DNA of 64,000 bases from Candidatus Poribacteria bacterium (GTDB lineage: Bacteria; Poribacteria; WGA-4E; PCPOR2b): assembly GCA_965208675.1 (NCBI GenBank), contig OZ242351.1, forward strand, positions 3,296,001 through 3,360,000, given 5' to 3'. A program made the translations under genes and the position numbers. The notes under the pieces are model-generated. The model worked only from the letters and a program-made list of their open reading frames with translations. It did no database searches and was not told where the DNA came from. Positions 28,104-38,443 of the stretch are shown piece by piece (positions within the stretch are counted from its first letter, which is position 1; each line of letters opens with the position of its first letter).

Positions 28104-29021
28104 ATGATACAGTATTTGCATTCCCATAAATTCTTGCTAGTAAGCATCTTTATGGTCGCTTTTTGTTTATTGAATCAACTAAGTTTCGGTGAACAGCTAG
28201 GTCTCAATGAAGTTGTCGAAATTCTTAATTTTGCACGGCAGAGCATTGAATACGGAGAATTGAAAATGTTCTCGTACTGGCCTGCTAAACCTCAAGTGCC
28301 TTCGCTCGACGAAGAGTTGGAGTTGAAACAGCAACTGTATCACTGGCAGCAACAATACGACAATGCCAAGACCTTAAAGAAGCGAGAATTGGCTGCGGAG
28401 CAGTTAACCTTCTATCAGGAACAACAACAATATTTTTTGAATGGCAGTCCAACATTTGAAGAGAGAAACATCATATTCCTCGTCCGTCCAAATTTTATTG
28501 ATAAAGATTCTAATGAACTCTATGATGCACGAATTCTCGACATTGACCGTTACAGACAGTTCACTCATTCTCGACCACCTTCTTTTTTTGAAGAATCCTA
28601 TCTTAATGCGAACTACATTTATACGACAATCATGAAAGCTGAATTTAATGCATATTTGTGGGCAAAAGAGAAATCCTTGAGCGGGTTCGTGGGAAAACCG
28701 GGAAATGTCAGTGACTTCCCTTACCACCTAAATGGAAGGTCTGATTTCCCAATAGATGCCGACCGCGTTGTGTCATTTGAGATGATTACCGATGACAAGG
28801 GGAATGACCTTTATTTGCTTGAGTTTTTGCCATCAACTTGGTCAGATACAGATTCAAAAACCATCGAACGGGAGGGCAAAAGCGTTGAACACAAGCTACG
28901 GATTAAAGTATCCGAAGGTGTTACCAAGGGGCCATTACGAGACACTTTAAAAATTCACACAACGCATCCCGCCCATCGAAAAATTGAAATACCTGTCTCT
29001 GGTATCGTAATGAACAGGTAA
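28104..29021 (+). CDS. Hypothetical exported protein, possibly chimeric
   Basis: Signal peptide. The C-terminal GPLRDTLKIHTTHPAHRKIEIPVSGIV resembles the end of a DUF1573-associated Ig-like domain. Confidence 0.55.
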   Translation: MIQYLHSHKFLLVSIFMVAFCLLNQLSFGEQLGLNEVVEILNFARQSIEYGELKMFSYWPAKPQVPSLDEELELKQQLYHWQQQYDNAKTLKKRELAAEQLTFYQEQQQYFLNGSPTFEERNIIFLVRPNFIDKDSNELYDARILDIDRYRQFTHSRPPSFFEESYLNANYIYTTIMKAEFNAYLWAKEKSLSGFVGKPGNVSDFPYHLNGRSDFPIDADRVVSFEMITDDKGNDLYLLEFLPSTWSDTDSKTIEREGKSVEHKLRIKVSEGVTKGPLRDTLKIHTTHPAHRKIEIPVSGIVMNR

Positions 29022-29036
29022 GTGAGGAATTCTTTG

Positions 29037-29894
29037 ATGAAACAAAAAAGCTGGCTAATCAAGACTTTCGCTGGAATAATCTGTCTGATTGCCGTACTTG
29101 CGATGGGGGTTGCTGGTAAACTTTCAACCGGCAGTGAAGACAAAGGTTTGATTCCGATTCCTGCCGGGGAATTCCTTATGGGAACGGACGATCCTAACCT
29201 CCCCTTCAATCATCAGCCGATGCAGTCGGTGAACCTTGATGCGTATATGATTGGGGCATGCGAGGTGACAAATTCTGAATTTGAACAGTTTGTCATAGAT
29301 GGCGGATATCAACGAAAAGAACTTTGGCTTCCCAATGGCTGGGCTTTTATTCAGGAACATAAAATTCAGATTCCATACAGTTGGCGTAATTCCGAGTTTC
29401 GGCAGCCATCCCAACCCGTAACTGGTGTAAGTTGGTATGAAGCAAACGCATTTGCTGGCTGGGCAGGTAAACGCCTACCCACAGAAGCGGAGTGGGAGAA
29501 AGCAGCACGAGGCGAAGCGGGGTATCATTTCCCTTGGGGAAATACCTTTGATTTCAGATGTGTAAACTATTCTGCCTTTACATTGCCCCTCCCGGTTGGA
29601 AGTTTCCCTGACGGACAGAGCCCCTATGGAGTATTTGATATGGCTGGAAACGTCGCGGAATGGGTTATGATTACTGAAGATGATTCTGATTGCTCCGAAT
29701 TTAAAAGCTTCAAAGTAGTCAAAGGCGGGGCATGGTCATCAATCCGTAGCGAGTTCCGTTGTGCCAATCGCCGTTATGAGAAGCCGACGTGGCGCGGCCT
29801 TGATGTTGGATTTCGTTTGGCTACATCATCACCGGGCACAGATACTTCCGAGGAAAACGCTACTATGGGCGCAAGTAAAGGGGTGGCGCCTTAA
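29037..29894 (+). CDS. FGE-sulfatase (SUMF1-like) domain protein
   Basis: IPAGEFLMG, EVTN, PVTGVSW, RLPTEAEWEKAARG, DMAGNVAEW and GFRL. RBS GAGGA. Confidence 0.92.
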   Translation: MKQKSWLIKTFAGIICLIAVLAMGVAGKLSTGSEDKGLIPIPAGEFLMGTDDPNLPFNHQPMQSVNLDAYMIGACEVTNSEFEQFVIDGGYQRKELWLPNGWAFIQEHKIQIPYSWRNSEFRQPSQPVTGVSWYEANAFAGWAGKRLPTEAEWEKAARGEAGYHFPWGNTFDFRCVNYSAFTLPLPVGSFPDGQSPYGVFDMAGNVAEWVMITEDDSDCSEFKSFKVVKGGAWSSIRSEFRCANRRYEKPTWRGLDVGFRLATSSPGTDTSEENATMGASKGVAP

Positions 29895-30026
29895 AAGAAA
29901 GGTGAGTTTCGGCAAACTCGCTATAGCTTGTCTTAATATCGGTTCCTCCTTGCCGAAATGCTTTCTTTGCGCGTTTTGAGCAGAGGATCGCGACCGTCAA
30001 GATTTGAACATTGAAAGTGTAATCTT

Positions 30027-30596
30027 ATGAATTTCAGGAATAAAAGGATTCTTGTCGTTGGCTTTGTTGTTATAGGAAGCGCCGTCATATTGGTCGTTGG
30101 ATACCGGGGGTACCAAGCTGCGAGACCTACAAAACCGATGTCGGAGGTCGATATATCTGCTACCATTCATATCGAACGGCGCCCACAGGAGGCTTCTAGA
30201 TTTGACTACATGCTGCTTGAGATGCTTTCTGCAACGGCGAAATCTCCGTCCACAGAAGAAGAAAAAACATTGGACAGTTCGATTACAGCGAAACAACTTC
30301 TGCAGAAAAAGTTGCAATCACAGATGGAGATCGGCTATCACTTATTGATAGCACTTCATCAATCTAAACGAGAAATTGATAAGCTTCTAGGCGCTTCGAG
30401 TTCTAAATCCGTAGACCAATTGAAACAGCTGCGGCAGAGATACAACGAGCAAATTCTCTTATTGGCCGAAATAGGAGCCTTTCTCGGAGAAAGCGAGGTG
30501 AGATTGATGGCAAAAAGATTGCTAGGCAAATTTCCCGATCAAGCCGATGCATTACTTCATCGGATTCGTGCATTCTTACGTGACCACGGTTATTAG
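30027..30596 (+). CDS. Hypothetical membrane-anchored helical protein
   Basis: N-terminal hydrophobic helix; sits in the same-strand run. Confidence 0.6.
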   Translation: MNFRNKRILVVGFVVIGSAVILVVGYRGYQAARPTKPMSEVDISATIHIERRPQEASRFDYMLLEMLSATAKSPSTEEEKTLDSSITAKQLLQKKLQSQMEIGYHLLIALHQSKREIDKLLGASSSKSVDQLKQLRQRYNEQILLLAEIGAFLGESEVRLMAKRLLGKFPDQADALLHRIRAFLRDHGY

Positions 30597-30610
30597 GGGG
30601 TTTAACAGAT

Positions 30611-31600
30611 ATGTGGCTGCAAACAAGAAGGATATGTTTCCATGTTATGGCAGTAACTGCCATTGTTATTTTCTTTAGATGCGGCGGATTAGAAAGGAGC
30701 GTCGTTGCGCAACAGCCTGGTGCAAAGGAATTGCTTCAAGAGCATCTGAAAGACCAACGATCACGATTGCAGAATGGAACGGTGATGCTCATTCTGCGAC
30801 GAGATGCCAATAGCACTACGCATGGGTTCTTATACCTAGTGGCCTTTCTGGACGATAAAATGCGGTGGGAGTCGTATGTTGTACCTCATAATTTCTCTCT
30901 GGACTCCAAGGAAGAGATTGGTTTCATTTTTCAGGAAACTTCCGGGATGTTTGTAAAGCTTGTTGTGTCCTATTCGGATGGCTATTACTCGAACGTTCAA
31001 GGTGCGATTTCCATTGGACGGTCTACAACGATTTCAAACCAGATCGCCTATTACCGATTTTTGGACGAGGTCATTAATTCGCTTGATTCCCGCGACGTAC
31101 AGGTTCAAAAGCATGATGCTCCTGCTCCCTATGTCGGTGTGAATATCCGCCTATCGGATTGGTACCAGCTATCGAAGGACACGGATCAACGTGTCGAGTT
31201 CACGACGGACATCTGGCTAGACCCTGAACACGCTGGCTTGGCGACCCGTCTAGCTGGAACAAGACCAGAGTTTTGGAAAGATCCGCAGAAGGGAGAAGGT
31301 GCACCGAGTTCTGTTGTTTATTTAACTTGGCACGCGGAGGTTAAGGCATTTGCAAAAAGTCATGGCATCTGGTATCCCCAAATCGTCATGACTAAAGTAG
31401 AAATGGAACCTGATGCCCCGCCCCAAGAAGATCGTTGGGAGGTACTCGGTTTCTGTACAGGTGTGGATTTGCCTATTTCAATCTTTGGAACATCGCCGAA
31501 TAGGAAGATGAAAGCGGATAGTGCTTGGCCGCAGGTTGCCGAATGGATTGTATTGAATCCACCTCAACAGCCAGTTGACAAGATTAAAGAGGAGAAATAA
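30611..31600 (+). CDS. Hypothetical exported protein
   Basis: 329-aa ORF with a signal-like N-terminus; beta-rich; tight spacing with neighbours. Confidence 0.65.
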   Translation: MWLQTRRICFHVMAVTAIVIFFRCGGLERSVVAQQPGAKELLQEHLKDQRSRLQNGTVMLILRRDANSTTHGFLYLVAFLDDKMRWESYVVPHNFSLDSKEEIGFIFQETSGMFVKLVVSYSDGYYSNVQGAISIGRSTTISNQIAYYRFLDEVINSLDSRDVQVQKHDAPAPYVGVNIRLSDWYQLSKDTDQRVEFTTDIWLDPEHAGLATRLAGTRPEFWKDPQKGEGAPSSVVYLTWHAEVKAFAKSHGIWYPQIVMTKVEMEPDAPPQEDRWEVLGFCTGVDLPISIFGTSPNRKMKADSAWPQVAEWIVLNPPQQPVDKIKEEK

Positions 31601-31601
31601 G

Positions 31602-32306
31602 ATGTCCAATAAAGCCATGATAGTCAGTCTTCTGTTGATAGTCGTTGTTGTCGCCGTTGGGATAATTTGGTATGTTTTCCGTCCCGGCGCAAATGAAACT
31701 GAGCAAATCGTAGAATATGTCATATCAGCGCCTAAGCAAACGGACAGTTCTCTTGAATCTCAAGCGAGTTCCGGTGATACTTCAAAACAGCAAGATGTCA
31801 TGAACACCGATGAACTTGAAGCATTGAATCGAATGATAGAGATACTTGAAGCCATGGAGGAGTCTTCCGAGGAATCTACCAGTGTGGAGATGGAAATGCA
31901 AGAAACAGTCTTTAAGCAGCAGGAAACTGAAGAACAGGAAATTGAAGAATCGCCTGCTGGCACCCCATCCGCCGGTGATATGGAACTAGCAGAGCAACAA
32001 TTTCGGCCGCTTTGGGAAGAGAAGATAGATATAGGCAATGAACTGCTTACCGTACTTCACGAATACAAAGCAGATTATGCTGAAATTTTAAGTCAACCGG
32101 TGGATTCGTTGGATGAACTAATGGAAGTGAAAATGCAACTTCATGAAATGAATAATGATCTTGGACAAATGACAACATTCTTTGAAGATGATGAAATTGT
32201 ATCAATCATGAATCTTGTGTATGGTGGATATCCCGATGAAGTCCAAGCGTTTCTGAATCGGGTTGCCGACTTCGAGCGTGAATTGGAAGCTTTACACGAT
32301 AATTAG
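31602..32306 (+). CDS. Hypothetical acidic membrane-anchored protein
   Basis: RBS GAGGAG, N-terminal TM and a Glu-rich body. Confidence 0.65.
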   Translation: MSNKAMIVSLLLIVVVVAVGIIWYVFRPGANETEQIVEYVISAPKQTDSSLESQASSGDTSKQQDVMNTDELEALNRMIEILEAMEESSEESTSVEMEMQETVFKQQETEEQEIEESPAGTPSAGDMELAEQQFRPLWEEKIDIGNELLTVLHEYKADYAEILSQPVDSLDELMEVKMQLHEMNNDLGQMTTFFEDDEIVSIMNLVYGGYPDEVQAFLNRVADFERELEALHDN

Positions 32307-32329
32307 TAATCTCTTTGAGGTGTATTACG

Positions 32330-34144
32330 ATGTCGAAGAATTTTAGAGGTTTTTCCCGTCCCCACTCGAATCTAGCGATGAGTCCTAAAAAATTCCAGAA
32401 GCCCAAATTCATTATCTTAGGCGGATTGCTGATTGCCGTAGTGTGTCTACCACGCATAATGGGTCTCACATACCACTGGTCTTCTGACGAAACAACATGG
32501 TTGAATCGCTCTCATAGTTTTGCGACGGCGTTACAACAGCGTGACTTCGCCGATACGTCCCAATCTTATCACCCCGGCGTGACAACGATGTGGATAGGAG
32601 CTTTGGCTATCTGGCGTGATTACGGCAAAACGTTGTCGATTGCTCCCAACTTAGTAACCCAGAGTTTTCTGTCTCCTGAACTGCTAGCTCGGGCTCGCTT
32701 ATTGGTAGCACTCATAACAGCCTTGACAATTTTACTTGCGGGACTGCTGCTGCAACGGTTGCTAGGCAACACCATTGCGCTGGTAGGAATTCTGTTCCTG
32801 GCCCTGGATCCCTTCTTTCTTGCGGAAAGCCGGCGACTGCATAATGATGCCCTAGCCACCGGTTTTCTAATGCTTACGCTGTTCTGGTGGTTCTGCTATC
32901 TTGAAGACGAGCACCCTCGGCGGCGTGACCTCATCTTGTCAGGCATTAGCTTCGGACTGGCATGTCTCTCCAAAAGCCTCGCAGGTGCATTCCTGTTCTT
33001 TCTACCACTATTGCTGATGTGGTATGTCAAACAATGCGCCTTGTCCGCGTTGCGCGTGCTATGGGGAGCTTTATTGTGGGTGGCTATTGCACTGCTAACT
33101 GTCCTTAGCTTGTGGCCATATCTGTGGACGTGGCAATTCGGACACATACCCATGTTTCCTCTGCTATTATCAGGTGCCATTGCCTTAGCCATTTTAGCAT
33201 CACGACAGCACGGGAAAAGTTCAACAGTGAACTGGTCTCTACCTGCGAAAGGAATAGCTATTTTGGCTGGTTTGGGGCTGTTGGTAGTAGGTTCATTTGC
33301 ACTTAATGCATCATCAACGGTGTTAGGACACATGTACAAGGCGTTAACGACACCGCATGAAATTCCTCAACTGTTTTTGGGACGAATCGGTCATGCGCAG
33401 AGTGGACTTTACTATCCGGTTTATTGGTTTGTCTTGGGTGCGCCGCTGACCGTACCATTGATTGTCTTCGCCGGTTGGCAATTATGGCGTCAGCGCCGGG
33501 AACATCCAAAAACATACCGCGTAGGCGTGGCGCTCTTGCTGTTTGGGGTGTTCTATCTGTTGGGACTGACGCTGGTGGCGAAAAAGATCCCTCGCTATCT
33601 TGTCATCAGCTTTCCCCCATGGGACGTGTTAGCAGCCATTGGCACCGTTTCGTTGATACGACTGCTGCGAAATTTCGTCAAGAAACCGATTTTCACTTAC
33701 GCCATGGTGACTTTTACCCTTTTTTTTCAAGCCGCACCCGTCTTGAGCCTACACCCCAACTACCGTGCGTATTACCATCCGTTAATCCCCGCATCATGGA
33801 TTGTGAAAAATATCTCTCAAGGGGGTGGTATGGGATTAGATTTCGCTGCCCAATACCTCAACGGCAAACCCAACGCGGAACAGTTGACTACCTACGTGAC
33901 GCCGCTTGGTGGTTTTCTGGAGTATTATTTTAATGGGCATACCCGCCCAATTGATACCCAAACCACCTTGCTTCAATCCGATTACGTGGTCGTATACATC
34001 CGCGACCAACAGATTGGGTGGGTCCCACAAACCGAACTTTTTCAGAAATTATCCTTAGAGCATGTCGTTCGTGTTAACGGTGTTGAATATGCATGGATCT
34101 ACAGAGCTAATGAATCAATTCACGTCACTGGAGTAAGTCAATGA
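32330..34144 (+). CDS. ArnT/PMT-like (GT-C fold) membrane glycosyltransferase
   Basis: SDE motif after the first TM, YHPG, LALDPFFLAESR...D, GLACLSK and PRYL. Many TM helices. Start uncertain (32330 or 32378). Confidence 0.85.
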   Translation: MSKNFRGFSRPHSNLAMSPKKFQKPKFIILGGLLIAVVCLPRIMGLTYHWSSDETTWLNRSHSFATALQQRDFADTSQSYHPGVTTMWIGALAIWRDYGKTLSIAPNLVTQSFLSPELLARARLLVALITALTILLAGLLLQRLLGNTIALVGILFLALDPFFLAESRRLHNDALATGFLMLTLFWWFCYLEDEHPRRRDLILSGISFGLACLSKSLAGAFLFFLPLLLMWYVKQCALSALRVLWGALLWVAIALLTVLSLWPYLWTWQFGHIPMFPLLLSGAIALAILASRQHGKSSTVNWSLPAKGIAILAGLGLLVVGSFALNASSTVLGHMYKALTTPHEIPQLFLGRIGHAQSGLYYPVYWFVLGAPLTVPLIVFAGWQLWRQRREHPKTYRVGVALLLFGVFYLLGLTLVAKKIPRYLVISFPPWDVLAAIGTVSLIRLLRNFVKKPIFTYAMVTFTLFFQAAPVLSLHPNYRAYYHPLIPASWIVKNISQGGGMGLDFAAQYLNGKPNAEQLTTYVTPLGGFLEYYFNGHTRPIDTQTTLLQSDYVVVYIRDQQIGWVPQTELFQKLSLEHVVRVNGVEYAWIYRANESIHVTGVSQ

Positions 34145-34286
34145 TACTTCAGCCAATCAAATTTTCGCTTATCTTTTAACGTGTGAATATTGTTGACTAG
34201 GTGACGGTTGTCGCGACTTAATCTGATGATGTTGAGTTTCGATACAAAATGATTTGAATACATGCAGGTGTGTCAGGTAAACCCAA

Positions 34287-35309
34287 GTGAAAACACTCCC
34301 GAAAATCTCCATTATCGCGCCCGTCTTTAACGAATCCGCAACCCTTAAGCCGCTCTACCATCAGATTCGAGATGTCATGAAGATAATTGGTTTTCCGTAC
34401 GAAATAATCTTCGTGGACGATGGCAGCACGGATGGTTCGTTCGGCATAATGGAGGAGATTCATCACCTCCATCAAGAATCGGCGCCTACGGCGGCAGCAA
34501 CCCCGAGGCCTTCGGAATTTGATGACACCCCAGTTGCCGCGACGGCTTCCAATATTATTGTCATTCAGTTTCGGCGCAACATGGGCAAGGCGTTAGCTTT
34601 GGCAGCGGGGTTTGCGCGCGCAAAGGGAGATGTTGTCATCACGATTGACGCCGATTTGCAAGACGACCCTAGCGAAATTCCAAACTTGTTGGCGAAAATC
34701 GAGGATGGCTACGATGTTGTATCCGGTTGGAAAATCGATCGTCAGGATTCGTGGTCTAAAGTGCTGCTTTCCCGAATCTTTAATCGAGTGGTCTGTTGGT
34801 GCACGCGTCTGAATCTTCACGACATCAACTGTGGGTTCAAAGCCTATAAATGCGAGGTGATTCAGGAGCTCTTGGTGTACGGAGATCGTCACCGATACCT
34901 GCCGATTTTAGCTCACCAAAACGGTTTTCGAGTCACGGAAGTTCCCGTGAAGCATCAGCCTCGCCAAAACGGCAAATCGAAATATGGCTTTGAACGCATC
35001 CCCCGCGGCTTTTTGGATTTGTTGACTATCCTGTTTCTCAATCAATACTTGAAACGCCCGCTCCACTTCTTTGGGGTACTGGGTTTCTTATGCGTCATCA
35101 GCGGCACAGGAATTAACATTTACCTTGCCGTATTGTGGTTTGTTCATGGGGGCATCGGATTTCGTCCCCTGCTCATGTTGGGCATTCTGCTAATGATTTT
35201 GGGGATGCAATTTTTCTCAATCGGCTTTTTGGGCGAGATGCTAACCAACTCCTTTGAGCGTCTAGATTGCCGCCACCCTATCAAAAGGGTGTTAGAAGGA
35301 CTGAAATAG
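34287..35309 (+). CDS. GT2 polyprenol-phosphate glycosyltransferase (ArnC/DPM-like)
   Basis: IIAPVFNE, VDDGSTD, DADLQDDP, DINCGFK and two C-terminal TMs. Confidence 0.92.
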   Translation: MKTLPKISIIAPVFNESATLKPLYHQIRDVMKIIGFPYEIIFVDDGSTDGSFGIMEEIHHLHQESAPTAAATPRPSEFDDTPVAATASNIIVIQFRRNMGKALALAAGFARAKGDVVITIDADLQDDPSEIPNLLAKIEDGYDVVSGWKIDRQDSWSKVLLSRIFNRVVCWCTRLNLHDINCGFKAYKCEVIQELLVYGDRHRYLPILAHQNGFRVTEVPVKHQPRQNGKSKYGFERIPRGFLDLLTILFLNQYLKRPLHFFGVLGFLCVISGTGINIYLAVLWFVHGGIGFRPLLMLGILLMILGMQFFSIGFLGEMLTNSFERLDCRHPIKRVLEGLK

Positions 35310-35318
35310 GGTGAAAAT

Positions 35319-36293
35319 GTGATCTCCATCATTATCCCGACTTATAATCGAAAAGATGAACTGGGAGACTTACTCACCTCGCTCAGACAGCAGGAGTGTT
35401 CTAGTTCCATTGAGATTATCGTTGTCGATGATGGCTCGGCGGATGGGACACGCGAACTACTAAAAAACCTAGCCGAAGACTGGAAGGGGAGGTTGCGGTT
35501 TCTTAAGCAAAATCGTGCTGGTCCGGGAGCTGCGCGGAATCTGGGAATTAATCACGCTCACGGCGATATTTTAGTCTTCGTTGATTCAGATTGTATTGCG
35601 CCTCGCGGGTGGCTGAACAATCTGACCTCGGTTTTCGACAACCCGAAAGTTGGGGCGGCCGGCGGCCCTGAGATGGCGCCAGTCGATGATTGTTTGCTTC
35701 GAAAGTGCCAGAGTTACGTGATGACGGCTTTTCTCACTACCGGCGGACTGCGGGGTGGAAAGGGAAAGAAACTTGGAGTTTATTATCCGCGGAGTTTCAA
35801 TATGGCTGTCCGAAAGCGCGCCGTCGAAGCGGTTGGGGGGTTTCCCAATCGGTTCTATGGAGAGGACATTCTCGTCGGTTTCAAAGTGGAACACATGGGT
35901 TACACGCTCAAGTATGTTCCGGACGCAGAAGTTTATCATCGCCGACGAGGGACACTGAGCCAATACTTCAGGCAACTGTACCGAATGGGAAAGGCGAGAA
36001 TCGAAATGGCTTATCTGCATAAGTCCTTGTTGGAACCGGTATACACGGTGCCTGCGCTTGTGCTCCTGCTTTGCATCATACTGGGCTGCGGCGCTATTTT
36101 CTCTGAAACGCTTTTTAAGATTGCTTTTGGGTGCATGATAATGGCCTTGCTGTTTCTGACTACCATCGGTATCCACAGCACAATCCGTCTGAAAACGCTC
36201 AAGGCTTTTGGGATTGTGCCCTTTCTGTTTATCATACAACAGACAGCATATGGGTTTGGAACTATCGTCGCTGCATTAAGGAGACAAGCATGA
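35319..36293 (+). CDS. GT2 glycosyltransferase with C-terminal TMs
   Basis: SIIIPTYNR, VDDGS, GPGAARN, FVDSD and GED. Confidence 0.92.
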   Translation: MISIIIPTYNRKDELGDLLTSLRQQECSSSIEIIVVDDGSADGTRELLKNLAEDWKGRLRFLKQNRAGPGAARNLGINHAHGDILVFVDSDCIAPRGWLNNLTSVFDNPKVGAAGGPEMAPVDDCLLRKCQSYVMTAFLTTGGLRGGKGKKLGVYYPRSFNMAVRKRAVEAVGGFPNRFYGEDILVGFKVEHMGYTLKYVPDAEVYHRRRGTLSQYFRQLYRMGKARIEMAYLHKSLLEPVYTVPALVLLLCIILGCGAIFSETLFKIAFGCMIMALLFLTTIGIHSTIRLKTLKAFGIVPFLFIIQQTAYGFGTIVAALRRQA

Positions 36294-37222
36294 AGGACCA
36301 CGCTTTTCCAGCGGGAAACATGAAAAGCCCTGATAGGTTGGAGGGTGGAACCCGCCTTGGCACCCATTTCGATAGAAAACTGAACACTGGCGATCCGCTT
36401 GTAAGCGTCATTACGATCTGCCTCAACGCCGAGAAGACCATTGAGCAAACCATCCAATCGGTCATTAACCAGACCTACAATAGCATCGAATATCTTATTA
36501 TCGACGGTGGCTCAACGGATAGCACCTTGGATATAATTAGAAAATACGATAACCAGATAGACTATTGGGTGAGTGAACCCGACGGTGGGACTTCTGATGC
36601 CATAAACAAGGGAATACAGTTGAGTTGCGGCGCGCTTATTGGCATCTTATGTGCCGATGACTTCTATGAACAAGATGCGGTGGAAACTATAATCGGAAAT
36701 TATTCTGCCGCTCCACCGAAAATCTATCACGGGGATATGACGCGGATTGATGTCGATACAGGCGAAAAAACCTTCCTACTAAAGCCGCCCGAAAACCCAA
36801 GAAAGTTATTCCAGGGCTGTTCGGTAAATGTACTCGCCGCTTTTGTAGATCGGCGAATTTACGAAACACATGGTCTGTTTAACAACGACTATAAAATTGC
36901 AAACGACCACGAATTTTTGCTGCGTGCATTTTCAGCGGGTGTGGAGTTCAAATACATCCCAAGGAATATTACCTTCATGCGTGAAGGTGGGCGGAGTCAT
37001 GAGCATTATATCCGGGCATGTCGGGAATCTTTTAACGTGTCCGTCAAGTACGGTTACCCTGTACCAAAGGCGTTCTTTGTATTTCTCATTACCGTGCTGA
37101 AAAAGGCAGTCGAACGTGGAATTGCGAAGTGGTGTCCCTTCTTGCTAAAACCGTACTGTAGTTTTAAGTTCTTGTCACTAAAGAGTAGCACGTGGCATGA
37201 TGGTCAACAGGAAGATTTTTGA
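36290..37222 (+). CDS. GT2 glycosyltransferase (WcaE-like)
   Basis: VSVITICLN, IIDGGSTD, SEPDGG.SDAINKG and ADD. Confidence 0.9.
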   Translation: MKDHAFPAGNMKSPDRLEGGTRLGTHFDRKLNTGDPLVSVITICLNAEKTIEQTIQSVINQTYNSIEYLIIDGGSTDSTLDIIRKYDNQIDYWVSEPDGGTSDAINKGIQLSCGALIGILCADDFYEQDAVETIIGNYSAAPPKIYHGDMTRIDVDTGEKTFLLKPPENPRKLFQGCSVNVLAAFVDRRIYETHGLFNNDYKIANDHEFLLRAFSAGVEFKYIPRNITFMREGGRSHEHYIRACRESFNVSVKYGYPVPKAFFVFLITVLKKAVERGIAKWCPFLLKPYCSFKFLSLKSSTWHDGQQEDF

Positions 37223-37279
37223 AAGGTCTCTACCTTATTACTGAAAAAACCACAGTTTATTATTGAGAGATGGAACGCG

Positions 37280-38227
37280 ATGAGTTTTTGGCAGGATAAG
37301 CGAATTTTAGTAACAGGAGGCGCAGGATTTCTGGGTTCTCACGTCGTTGAGAAGCTAGATCAGCGCGGCGTTGCCTCCGACGCGATTGTTGTGCCTCGAC
37401 GGGCGACTCAAGATTTGCGTCGCTGGGATGTTTGCCTAGCGGTGACTGCAGGCACGGATGTTGTGCTTCACGTCGCGGGACATGTGGGCGGGATTGGATA
37501 CAATATTGCGTACCCCGCTGAGTTGTTCTATGACAATTTGATGATGGGTGTCCAACTGATGGACGCCGCACGGCGCAATGGGGTGCAAAAGTTTGTCACG
37601 GTTGGCGCTGCATGCGAATATCCCAAGCACACCCCCGTGCCATTTCTCGAAGCAGATTTGTGGAACGGCTATCCCGATGAGACCAACGCCCCTTATGCGA
37701 TTGCCAAGAAAGCGCTGTTGGTAGGCGGACAAGCCTATCGTCAACAATACGACCTCAACACAATCTATCTTATACCCGTCAATCTCTACGGTCCTCGAGA
37801 CAACTTTGACACAGAAGGGTCACACGTGGTTCCGGCGTTCATCCGGAAGTCACTGGAAGCGAAAGAGAGACGAGATGAACAAATGGTGGTCTGGGGCGAC
37901 GGCTCCGCGAGGCGGGAATTTTTGTACGTCGAAGATGCAGCAGAGGGGATTGTGTTGGCTACTGAGCATTACAACGGGAGCAATCCGGTAAACTTGGGGG
38001 GTACCATTGAAATCAGCATCAAGGAACTACTTGGGATTGTCACGCGTCTCACCGGTTTTGAGGGAAAGGTTGTATGGGATACCACAAAGCCTAACGGTCA
38101 ACCGCGCCGCAAGTTGGATACAAGCCGCGCGAAACGGGAGTTTGGGTTTCAGGCACAGACCTCGTTTGAAGAAGGGTTACAGCGGACAATCGATTGGTAT
38201 ATTAATCATAAGGACTTACGCAGTTGA
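37280..38227 (+). CDS. fcl: GDP-L-fucose synthase-like epimerase/reductase (Fcl/ColC type)
   Basis: GGAGFLGS, VGGI.YN, YAIAKK, PVNLYGP.DNF, WGDGS.RREFLYV and KPNGQPRR. Confidence 0.88.
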   Translation: MSFWQDKRILVTGGAGFLGSHVVEKLDQRGVASDAIVVPRRATQDLRRWDVCLAVTAGTDVVLHVAGHVGGIGYNIAYPAELFYDNLMMGVQLMDAARRNGVQKFVTVGAACEYPKHTPVPFLEADLWNGYPDETNAPYAIAKKALLVGGQAYRQQYDLNTIYLIPVNLYGPRDNFDTEGSHVVPAFIRKSLEAKERRDEQMVVWGDGSARREFLYVEDAAEGIVLATEHYNGSNPVNLGGTIEISIKELLGIVTRLTGFEGKVVWDTTKPNGQPRRKLDTSRAKREFGFQAQTSFEEGLQRTIDWYINHKDLRS

Positions 38228-38357
38228 ACGTCCAAAGGTTCGTAGTAGGGCAATTTATTGCCCGTTTCTACATAAAACAATATGTCAGGTCAAGGAAGTG
38301 AACGACCTGCCGGACGCGCAATAAATTGCGCTACTACAAGCTGATCTGCGTAAGTCC
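38212..38357. mobile_element. MITE-like element with internal REP pair
   Basis: Terminal inverted repeats GGACTTACGCAG / CTGCGTAAGTCC enclose inverted REP-like palindromes GTAGTAGGGCAATTTATTGCCCG and CGCGCAATAAATTGCGCTACTAC. Confidence 0.7.
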
Positions 38358-38443
38358 GAAATTATTTTGAAATTTCACAATCTTGAAGTCTTTAGAAATT
38401 CTGGCCCGCTTACATTTTTGGACATTGAACAGGAAGGTGATAA

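Noticed and set aside
35586-36239. Long antisense ORFs (also 41125..41784, 62606..63247, 13644..14090, 24527..24955)
   Set aside because: They are shadows of well-supported genes on the opposite strand and have no recognisable motifs.
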